The position numbers were made by a program, and so were the translations under genes. The notes under the pieces are model-generated. The model ran no database searches. It had not been told where the DNA came from and saw only the letters and a program-made list of their open reading frames with translations. From Chloroflexota bacterium (lineage in GTDB: Bacteria; Chloroflexota; Limnocylindria; Limnocylindrales; CSP1-4), in contig JANXWH010000152.1 in assembly GCA_025351245.1 (NCBI GenBank), forward strand, positions 8,824 to 72,823: a stretch of DNA of 64,000 bases, given 5' to 3'. This document shows, one piece after another, positions 1 to 10,915 of this stretch; the first letter of the stretch is position 1; each line of letters starts with the position of its first letter.

Positions 1-103
1 TCGCATAGATGTTCCGGCCGCACGACCAGCAGGCAAGGCGGGGCATGATCGAATCCTACGCCCCCCATCGGGGCCCCCTCGCGACGACGCCGCGATCGCC
101 ATG

Positions 104-1468
104 TCAGCCGACGACCGGGAGGGCCGCCAACGCGTGGGCAACCCGCTCCGCCGGGTACTCGAAGTCCTCGAGCGCACCCGACAGGTACCGCTCGTAGGCG
201 GTCAGGTCGAAGTGCCCGTGTCCCGACAGGTTGAAGAGGATCACCCTGGCGACGCCCTCCTCCTTCGCCCTGAGCGCCTCGTCCACCGCGACGCGAATCG
301 CGTGGGTCGACTCCGGGGCGGGGAGGATCCCCTCCGTCCGGGCGAACTGGACCCCCGCGGCGAACGTCGGGTTCTGGTGAACGGCCCGGGCCTCGATCTG
401 GCCCAGGTCCTTGAGGTGGCTCACGAGCGGCGCCATGCCGTGGTAGCGCAGGCCGCCGGCGTGGATGGGCTCCGGGATGAACTCGCTGCCGAGCGTGTAC
501 ATCTTGACGAGCGGGGTCATGTGCCCCGTGTCGCCGAAATCGTACGCGAAGACGCCCCGGGTGAGGGACGGCGTCGCCTCCGGCTCGACGGCGATCACCC
601 GGTAGGATCCTTCGCCGCGGAGCATCCGACCGACGAACGGGAAGGCCAGCCCGGCGAAGTTCGAGCCGCCCCCGACACAGCCGATCACGACGTCCGGCTC
701 CTCGCCGGCCATCTCCATCTGGAGAATCGCCTCCTGGCCGATCACCGTCTGGTGCAGGAGGACGTGGTTGAGCACGGACCCCAGGGCGTACTTCGTGTCG
801 TCGCGTGTCGCGGCGTCCTCGACCGCCTCGCTGATCGCCATCCCGAGCGATCCCGGGCTGTCCGGCGTCACCGCCAGCACGGCCCGCCCATAGTTCGTGG
901 TCGGCGACGGGCTCGGCACGACAGAGGCGCCGTAGGTCTCCATCAGCATCCGGCGATACGGCTTCTGGTCGTAGCTCGCGCGGACCATGTAGACCTTGAC
1001 CTCGAGGCCGAACAGCGCTCCGGCGATCGCGAGCGCGGTCCCCCATTGACCGGCGCCGGTCTCGGTCGCCAGGCGCTTGACGCCCGCCTCGGCGTTGTAG
1101 AACGCCTGCGGGATCGCCGTGTTCGGCTTGTGGCTGCCCGCCGGGCTCAGGCCCTCGTACTTGTAGTAGATGTGGGCGGGCGTGTCGAGCGCCTTCTCCA
1201 GTCGGCGGGCGCGGAAGAGCGGGCTGGGGCGGAAGAGGCGATAGGCGTCACGGACAGGTTCCGGGATCTCGATCTCCCGCTCCGCGCTGACCTCCTGCGC
1301 GATGAGCGCCATCGGGAAGAGCGGCGCGAGGTCGTCCGGCCCCAGCGCCTGCATCGTGCCGGGATGGAGGGGCGGTGGCGGGGGCGACGGAAGGTCCGCG
1401 ACGATGTTGTACCAGGCGCGCGGGATGCGCTCCTCGTCGAGCACGAACTTGATGCGGTTGTTCGTCAT
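104..1468 (-). CDS. trpB: TrpB2-type tryptophan synthase beta-like PLP enzyme
   Basis: 454-aa ORF. It has the PLP-lysine motif GSHKPNTA, the glycine loop [11 protein letters not shown] and the long N-terminal extension typical of the TrpB2 subgroup. No trpA is adjacent. Confidence 0.85.
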   Translation of the reverse strand: MTNNRIKFVLDEERIPRAWYNIVADLPSPPPPPLHPGTMQALGPDDLAPLFPMALIAQEVSAEREIEIPEPVRDAYRLFRPSPLFRARRLEKALDTPAHIYYKYEGLSPAGSHKPNTAIPQAFYNAEAGVKRLATETGAGQWGTALAIAGALFGLEVKVYMVRASYDQKPYRRMLMETYGASVVPSPSPTTNYGRAVLAVTPDSPGSLGMAISEAVEDAATRDDTKYALGSVLNHVLLHQTVIGQEAILQMEMAGEEPDVVIGCVGGGSNFAGLAFPFVGRMLRGEGSYRVIAVEPEATPSLTRGVFAYDFGDTGHMTPLVKMYTLGSEFIPEPIHAGGLRYHGMAPLVSHLKDLGQIEARAVHQNPTFAAGVQFARTEGILPAPESTHAIRVAVDEALRAKEEGVARVILFNLSGHGHFDLTAYERYLSGALEDFEYPAERVAHALAALPVVG

Positions 1469-1539
1469 GCGCGGATCTCCTGGGGTCGCGGGGGTGGAAA
1501 CGTCCGGGGATCGCCCCGTCGCCGGACGGGGCCACGAGG

Positions 1540-2220
1540 CTACAACGCGCGCCCCGGGTCTCGCAAGGTGCCGCCGTCGAGGCGTGCGCTCCGGAGCGGC
1601 ACGTAGCGGGCCGGGCCCCCGCCCAGGAGACTCTCGAAGAGAATGATCCGGTCCACGGTCCAGGCCGCGTGGAGCAAGGCTGCCGCCGCGACCAGGGCCT
1701 CCACCGCCAGTGACGCCCCCGGTACGCCGTCGGAGCGAGCGAGCGTCAGGTGGGCGGCGAACGGCCGCTCCCCCGGCGGCCAGCCACCCTCGGCGAGCTC
1801 CGCCATGAGTCGATCTGCGAGTGCCGCCAGCAGAGCCGCGCCCTCGCCGACCCGGAGGAATACGGCCCGCGGCCGCGCCGGCGATGGAAAGGCGCCGGCG
1901 CCCGCAAGGCGCGCCTCGAACGGCGCCGAGTCCCGCGCCGTCCGGTCCACGGCGGCCTCGAGCGCGGGGATCGAGGCCGCCGCCGTCGCACCGAGGAACC
2001 GGAGCGTGAGGTGCAGGTTCGTCGAGCGGACCCAGCGCAGCCGCGCGGACGGCGGCGCGGCGGGATCCGGGTTGCGGCCCCCGTCGGGTGGTGCCCCGAG
2101 ATCGGTCATCAGGCCAGCCACAGCCTCGCGCGCATCGTCACCCAGCGGGACGGCGATGAAGAGGCGCCGCTCGCCGGGCGCGAGCGGGCGGACCCAGCGT
2201 TCGGCACGGCCCCCGGTCAT
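1540..2220 (-). CDS. thpR: RNA 2',3'-cyclic phosphodiesterase (2H family, LigT/ThpR-like)
   Basis: Two HxT/S motifs (HLTLRF and HLTLAR) at 2H-family spacing. I chose the ATG at 2220, which overlaps the ppa stop (ATGA); the ORF track extends to 2241. Confidence 0.8.
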   Translation of the reverse strand: MTGGRAERWVRPLAPGERRLFIAVPLGDDAREAVAGLMTDLGAPPDGGRNPDPAAPPSARLRWVRSTNLHLTLRFLGATAAASIPALEAAVDRTARDSAPFEARLAGAGAFPSPARPRAVFLRVGEGAALLAALADRLMAELAEGGWPPGERPFAAHLTLARSDGVPGASLAVEALVAAAALLHAAWTVDRIILFESLLGGGPARYVPLRSARLDGGTLRDPGRAL

Positions 2221-2735
2221 CGGGCCTGCTCGCGCCCCCACGTGGCGCGGTCCTCGCGGAGCACTTCCAGGGCACGGTCCCGGTCGCGCCAGCCCACGAC
2301 CTCGGTCGCCTTCTTTTCGAGGAGCTTGTACGTCTGGAAGAAGTGCTCGATCTCAACCAGCCGATGCGGTCGCACTTGCTGCAGGCGGTTGATGTGCGCC
2401 TGGTGAGGGTCGCCGAGCGCCACGCACAGGACCTTGAAGTCGAAGCCGTGCTCGTCGCTCATCTCCAGCCCGCCGATCGGCCGGCCCCAGACGTGACAGC
2501 CGGTGAACGTGGGCTCGTCGATGATGAGGAGCGCGTCCGTGTGGTCCCCGTCAGCGGCCCGCGTGTCCTCGATGAAGCCGTAGTCGAAGTTGTAGAAGAC
2601 GGCCGACGAGAGGACCCGATCAAGCCGGAAGACCCCCGTCTCTTCGTCGAACTCGTACTTGTTGCGGCTCCCGCGAGGGATCTCGACGACGATGTCGACG
2701 CTGCTCGGGAAGTCGGCGTGATGGGACGCGCTCAT
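2217..2735 (-). CDS. ppa: inorganic pyrophosphatase (family I)
   Basis: Sequence VVEIPRGSRNKYEFD...FYNFDYGFI...DGDHTDALL is classic family I PPase. I chose the start at MSASHH (2735) rather than the track start at 2768. Confidence 0.9.
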   Translation of the reverse strand: MSASHHADFPSSVDIVVEIPRGSRNKYEFDEETGVFRLDRVLSSAVFYNFDYGFIEDTRAADGDHTDALLIIDEPTFTGCHVWGRPIGGLEMSDEHGFDFKVLCVALGDPHQAHINRLQQVRPHRLVEIEHFFQTYKLLEKKATEVVGWRDRDRALEVLREDRATWGREQAR

Positions 2736-2813
2736 GACGGCACGATACGCCACCGGACCGGCCCGCACCAGCGTCCCGGGGATGGCGGTCCGCAGCGCCG
2801 ACGCCGCGGACGA

Positions 2814-3896
2814 TCAGTCGTTGTAGAGGCGCTCCTCGATCAGCTTCTCCTGGACAGCCCGCCCGGTCGGATCGAAGCAGGAAAACTCGAAGTGCTTCTC
2901 GAACTCCACGTCGATGTTGTCCTGGCCGCCCCGATTCTTCTCCACGGAGACCACCACCCAGTCGCGGAAGCGCTGCGCCTGGTACGGGTTGAACTCGATG
3001 TTCACCTTGGCGACGATCTGGTACTTCTCATTGAGGATGAGAATGATGTCGGCCTCGTAGTTGATGGCCGACGAGCCGCGCAGGTGGTGGTTGCGAAGTC
3101 GGGCGGCCTTGAGGCCCTCCTTGTCGGCCGCCACGATCGCGATCATGCCAACCTGCTCCGAGAGCGCGATGTCCTTGAGGCCATTGACGACGAAGGTGAC
3201 CTTCTCGGTCTCCGAGTTCGGCTCCGGGTACTGCGGCACCTTCTGGAGGTAGTCGACGATCACCAGCAGCTGGCGATCCCCCGAAAGCACCCGGTGCTTC
3301 TGGACCAGCAGCCGCATGTTGTCGATCGTGCTGGCCGTCTGCGTGCCGCGCATGAGGTAGAGGTTGTGCCCGTACCGGCCGATCCGGTCCAGGCTGGGCC
3401 GCAGGCGCGGGTTCGAGGCGAGCACGGGACCGCCCTGACCCTCCGCGACCCACGAGCCGAGGATCTCGCGCCGGACATCCTGGATCTTGATGGCACCGGT
3501 CTTGTGGGGCAGGTGGGCGAGCGCCGACTCCATGGCGATCATCCGGTTGAGCAGGTAGTGCTCTTCGTGCTCGAAGCAGATGTACAGGACGTTGGCCTGC
3601 CCGCCCGACGCGACGTTGCGCGCCATCTGGAGGGCCATCGTCGTCTTGCCGGTCCCCTGGGCACCGCCAATGAGCAGGAGCTCGCCCGGTCGGATGCCGC
3701 CGCCGATCGTCTTGTCGAGCGGCGTGAAGCCGAGTGGCACAGCCTGGTACTCGGCCAGGTTCCCGCTCGAGATCCGCTCGTTGAGGTCGACGAGCACATC
3801 AAGCGCCGAGCGCGGGACCAGGCTTCCGGTCGACGTATCCTGACGCCACTCGGCCGTAGGCTCACGGGTGGCAGGACGCTCCATCTCGGTGCTCAC
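2814..3896 (-). CDS. DnaB C-terminal-domain-only RecA-fold ATPase (no DnaB N-terminal domain)
   Basis: 360 aa. It has Walker A GAQGTGKTT, Walker B LLVIVDYLQ and the DnaB-like segment LRGSSAINYEADIILIL. Only about 60 unrelated residues precede the ATPase core. Confidence 0.7.
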   Translation of the reverse strand: MSTEMERPATREPTAEWRQDTSTGSLVPRSALDVLVDLNERISSGNLAEYQAVPLGFTPLDKTIGGGIRPGELLLIGGAQGTGKTTMALQMARNVASGGQANVLYICFEHEEHYLLNRMIAMESALAHLPHKTGAIKIQDVRREILGSWVAEGQGGPVLASNPRLRPSLDRIGRYGHNLYLMRGTQTASTIDNMRLLVQKHRVLSGDRQLLVIVDYLQKVPQYPEPNSETEKVTFVVNGLKDIALSEQVGMIAIVAADKEGLKAARLRNHHLRGSSAINYEADIILILNEKYQIVAKVNIEFNPYQAQRFRDWVVVSVEKNRGGQDNIDVEFEKHFEFSCFDPTGRAVQEKLIEERLYND

Positions 3897-4025
3897 GCGG
3901 TCTCACGCTCCCCTGACATGCGGAGGCAACGGGATCATCCCCGTGCGGCCATCGTAGCACCCGGCCGATGCCCAATCACCCAACGGACGTGCCCTGGACG
4001 GCCCTGACCTCTGGGTGGGCGATCG

Positions 4026-5420
4026 CTAGCCGCCCGGATGCGCGGCGAACTCGTCGAAGAAGGCCGCCAGAGCGCGGATGCCGGTCTCGAAGTTGCCCAG
4101 GTCCATCCACTCGTTCGGGGCATGGAAGTTGCCATTCGGCGGCATGAACCCCATGACCGTCACCGGCAGGTCCAGGATCGACTCGAAGCTGGCCGCCACG
4201 GGAATCGAGCCGCCTTCGCGGACGAAGACGGGCGCTTGTCCAAAGGTCGCCTCGAGGGCGCGCGCGAAGGCCCGGGTAGCCGGCTGATCTTGGGGCGTGA
4301 GCGTCGGCCGTCCGCCGCCCATCGCGACCACCTCCACGCGGACGCCGGGCGGCGCGATCTCCATGACATAGTCGCGCAGGAGCTCGAAGATCCGGGTCGG
4401 GTCCTGGTTCGCCACCAGCCGGCAGGTGATCTTGGCGTGGGCTCGTCCGGGGATGATGGTCTTGCTTCCCTCACCCGAGAAGCCACCCCAGATGCCGTTG
4501 ACGTCCAGCGTCGGCCGAGCGCCCCGTCGCTCCATCGTCGTCCAGCCCGACTCGCCCACGAGCGCGGGGACGTCGAGCTCGGCGCGGAGCGCCTCCTCGT
4601 CGAACGGGAGGGCGGCCATCGCGGTGCGCTCCGCATCGGACAGCGCAACGACGTCGTCGTAGAAGCCGGGAACGCGGATCCGGCCATCGGGGCCCTTCAG
4701 ACCGGCGAGGATCGACGCGAGCGCGTTGATCGGGTTCTCGATGGCGCCGCCGAAGACGCCGGAGTGGACGTCCTGGAAGGGGCCCCGGACGTGGATCTCC
4801 GCCGCGGCGAGCCCGCGCAGGCCCACCGTGATCGCGGGCACGTTACCGGCGAAGAAGCCTGAATCCGCGACGAGTGCCACGTCGGCCGTGAGACGCGCGG
4901 CGTTGGCGGTCAGCCACGGCTCCAGGTGAACAGAGCTCGACTCCTCCTCCCCTTCGAAAACGAAGCGGAGGTTGATCGGGAGCGCGCCCCGGGTCGCGAG
5001 GATCGCCTCAGCCGCGGAGAGGGCGATGGAGACGTTCGACTTGTCGTCCGACGCGCCGCGGGCGAGGATGCGCCCGTCCCGGACGATCGGCTCGAAGGGC
5101 GCCGCCTCCCACTCATCCAGCGGATCCACCGGCTGGACGTCGTAATGGCCGTACAGGAGCACGGTTGGCGCGCCGGCCGCGTGGAGCCAGTCCGCATAGA
5201 CGATCGGGTGGCCGCCCGTCTCGCTGGCCTCGACGTGCTCCATGCCCGCGGTCCGCAGGTCTGCAGCGAGCTGCTCGGCGGCCCGCCGGCAGTCCGGGGC
5301 GTGCTCGGAGATCCCGCTGATGCTGGGGATCCGGAGGAAGTCCAGGTATCGCGCGAGACGCCGCTCGGCGGTCGCGTCGAGGTAGGCCCCCAGGGTGGGG
5401 GCCGGCACGGGAATCGTCAT
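4026..5420 (-). CDS. M20 family dipeptidase / deacylase
   Basis: Motifs HYDVQP and GASDDKSNV are present, and the overall ~460-aa architecture fits M20 with a dimerisation domain. Confidence 0.8.
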   Translation of the reverse strand: MTIPVPAPTLGAYLDATAERRLARYLDFLRIPSISGISEHAPDCRRAAEQLAADLRTAGMEHVEASETGGHPIVYADWLHAAGAPTVLLYGHYDVQPVDPLDEWEAAPFEPIVRDGRILARGASDDKSNVSIALSAAEAILATRGALPINLRFVFEGEEESSSVHLEPWLTANAARLTADVALVADSGFFAGNVPAITVGLRGLAAAEIHVRGPFQDVHSGVFGGAIENPINALASILAGLKGPDGRIRVPGFYDDVVALSDAERTAMAALPFDEEALRAELDVPALVGESGWTTMERRGARPTLDVNGIWGGFSGEGSKTIIPGRAHAKITCRLVANQDPTRIFELLRDYVMEIAPPGVRVEVVAMGGGRPTLTPQDQPATRAFARALEATFGQAPVFVREGGSIPVAASFESILDLPVTVMGFMPPNGNFHAPNEWMDLGNFETGIRALAAFFDEFAAHPGG

Positions 5421-5468
5421 GGCTTGCTCCGCTGTGGGGCGCGTTGGGTCCGGCGCGGTTGCGCTGCT

Positions 5469-7379
<1,911 letters not shown>

Positions 7380-7653
7380 CCTGGCCTCCGGGTCAGTCGC
7401 GCCGGCGGCGCTCCGCCGACGTCAGGTTTGGAGTATAGCCGCCCACCCTGCGGACCCCCGTTCGGGCCCCGGGCATGCCATCTCGACTGTATGGAGTACG
7501 CAGGAGGCCGGCCGCCGGATGTCGCGCTCGGGCGCAGGACCCGCCCGCCGAGTCGGTCCCGGGCCGCCGCGCGCGCTGATCCCGGCCGGGCCAGCCGAGC
7601 CCTGGATCGACACGACCGGCCCGATGAGCCGGCCGCGGGATGCTGCGCTGTGG

Positions 7654-7729
7654 TGGTAGCTGGGACAGGACTCGAACCTGTGACCTAGCGATTATGAGCC
7701 GCTTGCTCTGCCAACTGAGCTACCCAGCC
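7654..7729 (-). tRNA. tRNA with CAU anticodon (elongator Met or lysidine-type Ile2), CCA encoded
   Basis: Hand-folded 76-nt cloverleaf: acceptor GGCTGGG/CCCAGCT (G1-U72), D stem GCTC/GAGC, anticodon loop CTCATAA, T arm ACAGG-TTCGAGT-CCTGT, then ACCA. It is not an initiator because there is no 3xGC anticodon stem and no 1:72 mismatch. Confidence 0.85.
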
Positions 7730-7739
7730 ACGGGCTGCC

Positions 7740-7745
7740 ATTCTA
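7740..7745 (-). promoter_or_regulatory. candidate -10 hexamer (TAGAAT) for the tRNA gene
   Basis: TAGAAT on the minus strand ends about 10 nt upstream of the mature tRNA 5' end. No convincing -35 was seen. Confidence 0.3.
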
Positions 7746-7812
7746 GCGCAAGGCTCGGGTGGGGTCGCCCGTCGAGCACCGCGACCGCGACGGCACCGAC
7801 CGCCGCTCGACT

Positions 7813-7832
7813 CCGCCGCTCGCGGGCGGCGG
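7813..7832 (-). terminator. GC-rich hairpin downstream of the transaldolase-family gene
   Basis: A 7-bp perfect stem CCGCCGC/GCGGCGG with a 6-nt loop, about 23 nt after the stop codon. There is no clear U-tract. Confidence 0.3.
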
Positions 7833-7854
7833 GGTCTCCATGGCGGGGAGGATG

Positions 7855-8958
7855 CTAGCTGTTCCAGGCGATCCGGATATCGGGGTCGGGCAGGACCAGG
7901 TCCCGGATCGCGCCCTGCAGGTCGTGGTAGGACTTGACGAAGGCGCGCAAGGTTCGCGCGCTCGCCCCGTAGGTCTCGAATTCGTCCGGGGTCATCCCGT
8001 CCGGCTCGTAGGCGCGGCGGAAGTCGGGGATCCGGTCGTAGAGGTCGGCGATGAGGGCGGGATCGACCGGCTCGTCCATCCGCGGCCGGGGCGCGATCCC
8101 GCTCGCGTTGAAGCGGACCTGCCAGGGGTACGGGAGCGTCAGGCTGACCTCCCCGCCGACCAGCTCGGTCCAGTGGAGGCGGTGACGGTAGGCCGCCGCG
8201 AGAAGGCGGGACCGGTAGCCGCGCTCGCGGAAGATCCCGTAGGCCCGCTTGAACGCGGCGACGCCGGCCCAGTTGGGCGCGTCGGGGTGGACCGCGAGGT
8301 TGTCCCGCTCCACGACGACCTTCATCCAGTCGTCCAGCCGCCCGATCATGATCGTGGCGATCGGGGTCATCGACGCGACGTCGTGCCCGGCCGCGGCGCG
8401 CCGGTCGAGGCCGCGCTCAACGGCTTCGGCGATGGCGATCGCCTGCGGCACCGTGAAGCTGACCGTCCCGTTGATGTTGACGCCGCGGAAGGTCGCCTCC
8501 TCGATGGCGACGAGGCCCGACGCGGTGACCGGGAACTTGACCTGGATGTTCGGCGCCAGGGCGGCGAACCGCACGGCCTGCTCGGTCATGCGGGCCGGAT
8601 CGCGGTGGTTCGCCGGGTTCGTCTGGACCGAGAGCCGGCCGTGGCGGCCGCCCGTACGGTCGAAGACCGGGTAGAGGATGCCGGCGCCCCGGGCGGCCAT
8701 CTCCTCGATGATGGCCCAGGTCAGCTCCACCTCGCTCCATGTCGGGTTCGCGGCGGCGAGCTCGTGCACCCGCGGGACCCAGTGGGCCTTCTCCTTCTTC
8801 ATGACGTCCAGCACGATGCTCGGGTTGGAGGTTGCCCCCGTCGCGCCGCGCTCGATGGCGTAGGTGAGCTCATCGACGGCGCAGGAGTCGTTCCAGTACT
8901 GGGTCGGCGTCTCCTGCGTCATCCGCAGGAGCGGGCTGTCGAGCGGGGTGGTTGTCAT
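7855..8958 (-). CDS. transaldolase-family protein (class I aldolase fold)
   Basis: Motifs QYWNDS...GATGATSNPSIV and the candidate Schiff-base lysine in IQVKFPVT. The ATG at 8958 overlaps the stop of the upstream LacI::IolB ORF (ATGA). Confidence 0.8.
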   Translation of the reverse strand: MTTTPLDSPLLRMTQETPTQYWNDSCAVDELTYAIERGATGATSNPSIVLDVMKKEKAHWVPRVHELAAANPTWSEVELTWAIIEEMAARGAGILYPVFDRTGGRHGRLSVQTNPANHRDPARMTEQAVRFAALAPNIQVKFPVTASGLVAIEEATFRGVNINGTVSFTVPQAIAIAEAVERGLDRRAAAGHDVASMTPIATIMIGRLDDWMKVVVERDNLAVHPDAPNWAGVAAFKRAYGIFRERGYRSRLLAAAYRHRLHWTELVGGEVSLTLPYPWQVRFNASGIAPRPRMDEPVDPALIADLYDRIPDFRRAYEPDGMTPDEFETYGASARTLRAFVKSYHDLQGAIRDLVLPDPDIRIAWNS

Positions 8959-10871
8959 CGGGAAGCCTCCTCGGGATCCGAGGCCTGCGGCGCCGCCGGG
9001 TCCCAGTTCATCAGCCACGCGTGGTCCGGGTCCACCGTGAAGTGCCAGGCGCGGTTCGGGCCGGCCATGACGTTCAGGTAGTAACAGTCGTAGCCCGCCG
9101 GGGCGCCGACCGGGTGGTAGCCCGCCGGCACCAGGACGACGTCGCCGTCGCCCGGCGCCATGACCTCGTCGAGCGAGCGGTCGGGCGTGTAGACGCGCTG
9201 GAACGCGAACCCCTGGGGCTTCGCGAACCGGTAGAAATAGAGCTCCTCGAGGCGAGCCTCCCGGGGCGGGTCCTCCGTGTCGTGCTTGTGGGGTGGGTAG
9301 CTGGACCAGTTTCCGCCCGGCGTGAACACCTCGAAAGCGATCAGGCGGCCGGCCTCCGCGGCCGGCGGGAGCAGGTGGTGGATGCGCCGCTCCGTCTGGC
9401 CGGCGCCACGGACCTCCACGAGGATCTCATCGGGCGCCACGTACGCCGTGCGGCCAACTGGTCCGGCCGGAGCGCTCGCGATGACGACGAGGGCGTCAGT
9501 CTCGGCGACCACCTTGACCGGCAGCCCGGGCGCCACCAGGACCACCGGAGGCGGAGGGCCGTCGAAGACGGTTTCCCGGGAACCCACGACGCCGAAGTCG
9601 TGGTCTCCCGCCCGGACCGTGGCCCGGCCCTCGAGCACGAGGACGAGGCGCTCCCGATCGTCCGCCGGACGGCTGGCGGGCTGCCCCGGCCGGAGCCGGT
9701 AGGCGGCGAAGTCGACGTAGCTCCAGCCGGCCGAGGCCGCGTCAACGGCCACGATCGCCCCGTCCGGGCCGGGCCGGGCGGCGTGGCGGTGCAGCCGTTC
9801 CCGGTGTCGGGCTGGATCGCCGACATGCGGCACGGCGGAGATGGCGCGCCCCGCGTTGCTTGGGGCCGGACCGGTCGACCCTCGCACGCACAGCGAGACC
9901 GAGAGGACCACCCGCTCCGCCCTTCCGCCGCCGACGGCCGGCCGGGCGATGCTCTCGACGAGGCGCCGGACCGCCCAGTAGCCCATCTCGCGCTTCTGCT
10001 GGATCACCGTGGTGAGGGGCGGCTCGACCCACGCCGCGGCGTCGATGTCGTCGAAGCCGACGACACTGATCTCCTCGGGCACGCGGCGGCCAATGGCACG
10101 CAGCGCCCGGAGAACCTCGATCGCCGTGACGTCGTTGTAGCAGATCAACGCGGTGATGTCGGGCCGCTCCGCGAGCAGCTCGCCGACCGACTGTCCTCCG
10201 GCGCCCGGAACCCCGAAACCGAGGACGACGGGCACCTCGTCGCGGCCGATGCCGGCCGATGCAAGGGCATCCAGCGCGCCCCGAACGCGGTCCATCGAGT
10301 CGGCGGCCTCGATGGGGCCGGTGACAACGGCCAGGTGCGTGTGACCGAGCCCGAGCAGGTGCTCCGCCGCGAGGCGGCCCCCCGCCCGATTGTCGGAGAC
10401 GATCGTGGGCACGCCCAGGTCCGCGCGCCCGCTGTTCACGATGACCACCGGGACGGCCGCCCTCGCGAGCTGCGCGGCGTACCCGTCGGTCAGGTGGCCG
10501 GCGGCCACGATGAGCCCGTCCACCCGGCCGTCCTGGAGGAGCGCCAGGTAGTCGGCCTCGCGTCGCGGGTCGCGGGCCCCGTTGCACAGGATGATCCGGA
10601 AGCCGCGCTCCCAGGCCGCGACCTCGACCGCTGCGACCAGCTCAGGGAAGAACGGGTTATGGACGTCGGTGACGATCAGGCCCAGGGTCTTGGTCATCCG
10701 CGTCTTGAGGGAGCGGGCGATGCTCGACGGTCGGTAGTCCAGCTCCTCCACCGCGGCCCGGACGGCGGCGACCGTCGCGGGCCGCGAGGTCGAGGCGCCG
10801 GACATGATCCGGCTGACGGTCGCGGTCGAGACGCCGGCCCGGTGCGCGACGTCGCGGATCGTCACACCCAT
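8955..10871 (-). CDS. iolB: LacI-family transcriptional regulator fused in frame to 5-deoxy-glucuronate isomerase (IolB)
   Basis: A single 638-codon ORF. The N-terminal ~335 aa carry a LacI HTH (VTIRDVAHRAGVSTATVSRIMSG) plus a sugar-binding-fold sensor. The C-terminal ~285 aa are an IolB cupin with GNWSSYPPHKHD. No stop codon separates the two halves. Confidence 0.8.
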   Translation of the reverse strand: MGVTIRDVAHRAGVSTATVSRIMSGASTSRPATVAAVRAAVEELDYRPSSIARSLKTRMTKTLGLIVTDVHNPFFPELVAAVEVAAWERGFRIILCNGARDPRREADYLALLQDGRVDGLIVAAGHLTDGYAAQLARAAVPVVIVNSGRADLGVPTIVSDNRAGGRLAAEHLLGLGHTHLAVVTGPIEAADSMDRVRGALDALASAGIGRDEVPVVLGFGVPGAGGQSVGELLAERPDITALICYNDVTAIEVLRALRAIGRRVPEEISVVGFDDIDAAAWVEPPLTTVIQQKREMGYWAVRRLVESIARPAVGGGRAERVVLSVSLCVRGSTGPAPSNAGRAISAVPHVGDPARHRERLHRHAARPGPDGAIVAVDAASAGWSYVDFAAYRLRPGQPASRPADDRERLVLVLEGRATVRAGDHDFGVVGSRETVFDGPPPPVVLVAPGLPVKVVAETDALVVIASAPAGPVGRTAYVAPDEILVEVRGAGQTERRIHHLLPPAAEAGRLIAFEVFTPGGNWSSYPPHKHDTEDPPREARLEELYFYRFAKPQGFAFQRVYTPDRSLDEVMAPGDGDVVLVPAGYHPVGAPAGYDCYYLNVMAGPNRAWHFTVDPDHAWLMNWDPAAPQASDPEEASR

Positions 10872-10915
10872 CGGGCGGGCCCGAACATCACCGTGCGGCC
10901 GTCAGCTGCCGGCGG

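Noticed and set aside
1-46. Start of a minus-strand gene (MPRLACWSCGRNIYA...) running off the left edge of the window
   Set aside because: Only 15 codons are visible, which is insufficient to support a feature call.
7654-7729. tRNA gene as an integration site for a genomic island
   Set aside because: No integrase, no direct repeat of the tRNA 3' end and no obvious foreign gene block flank it. The neighbours are ftsH and the iol operon.
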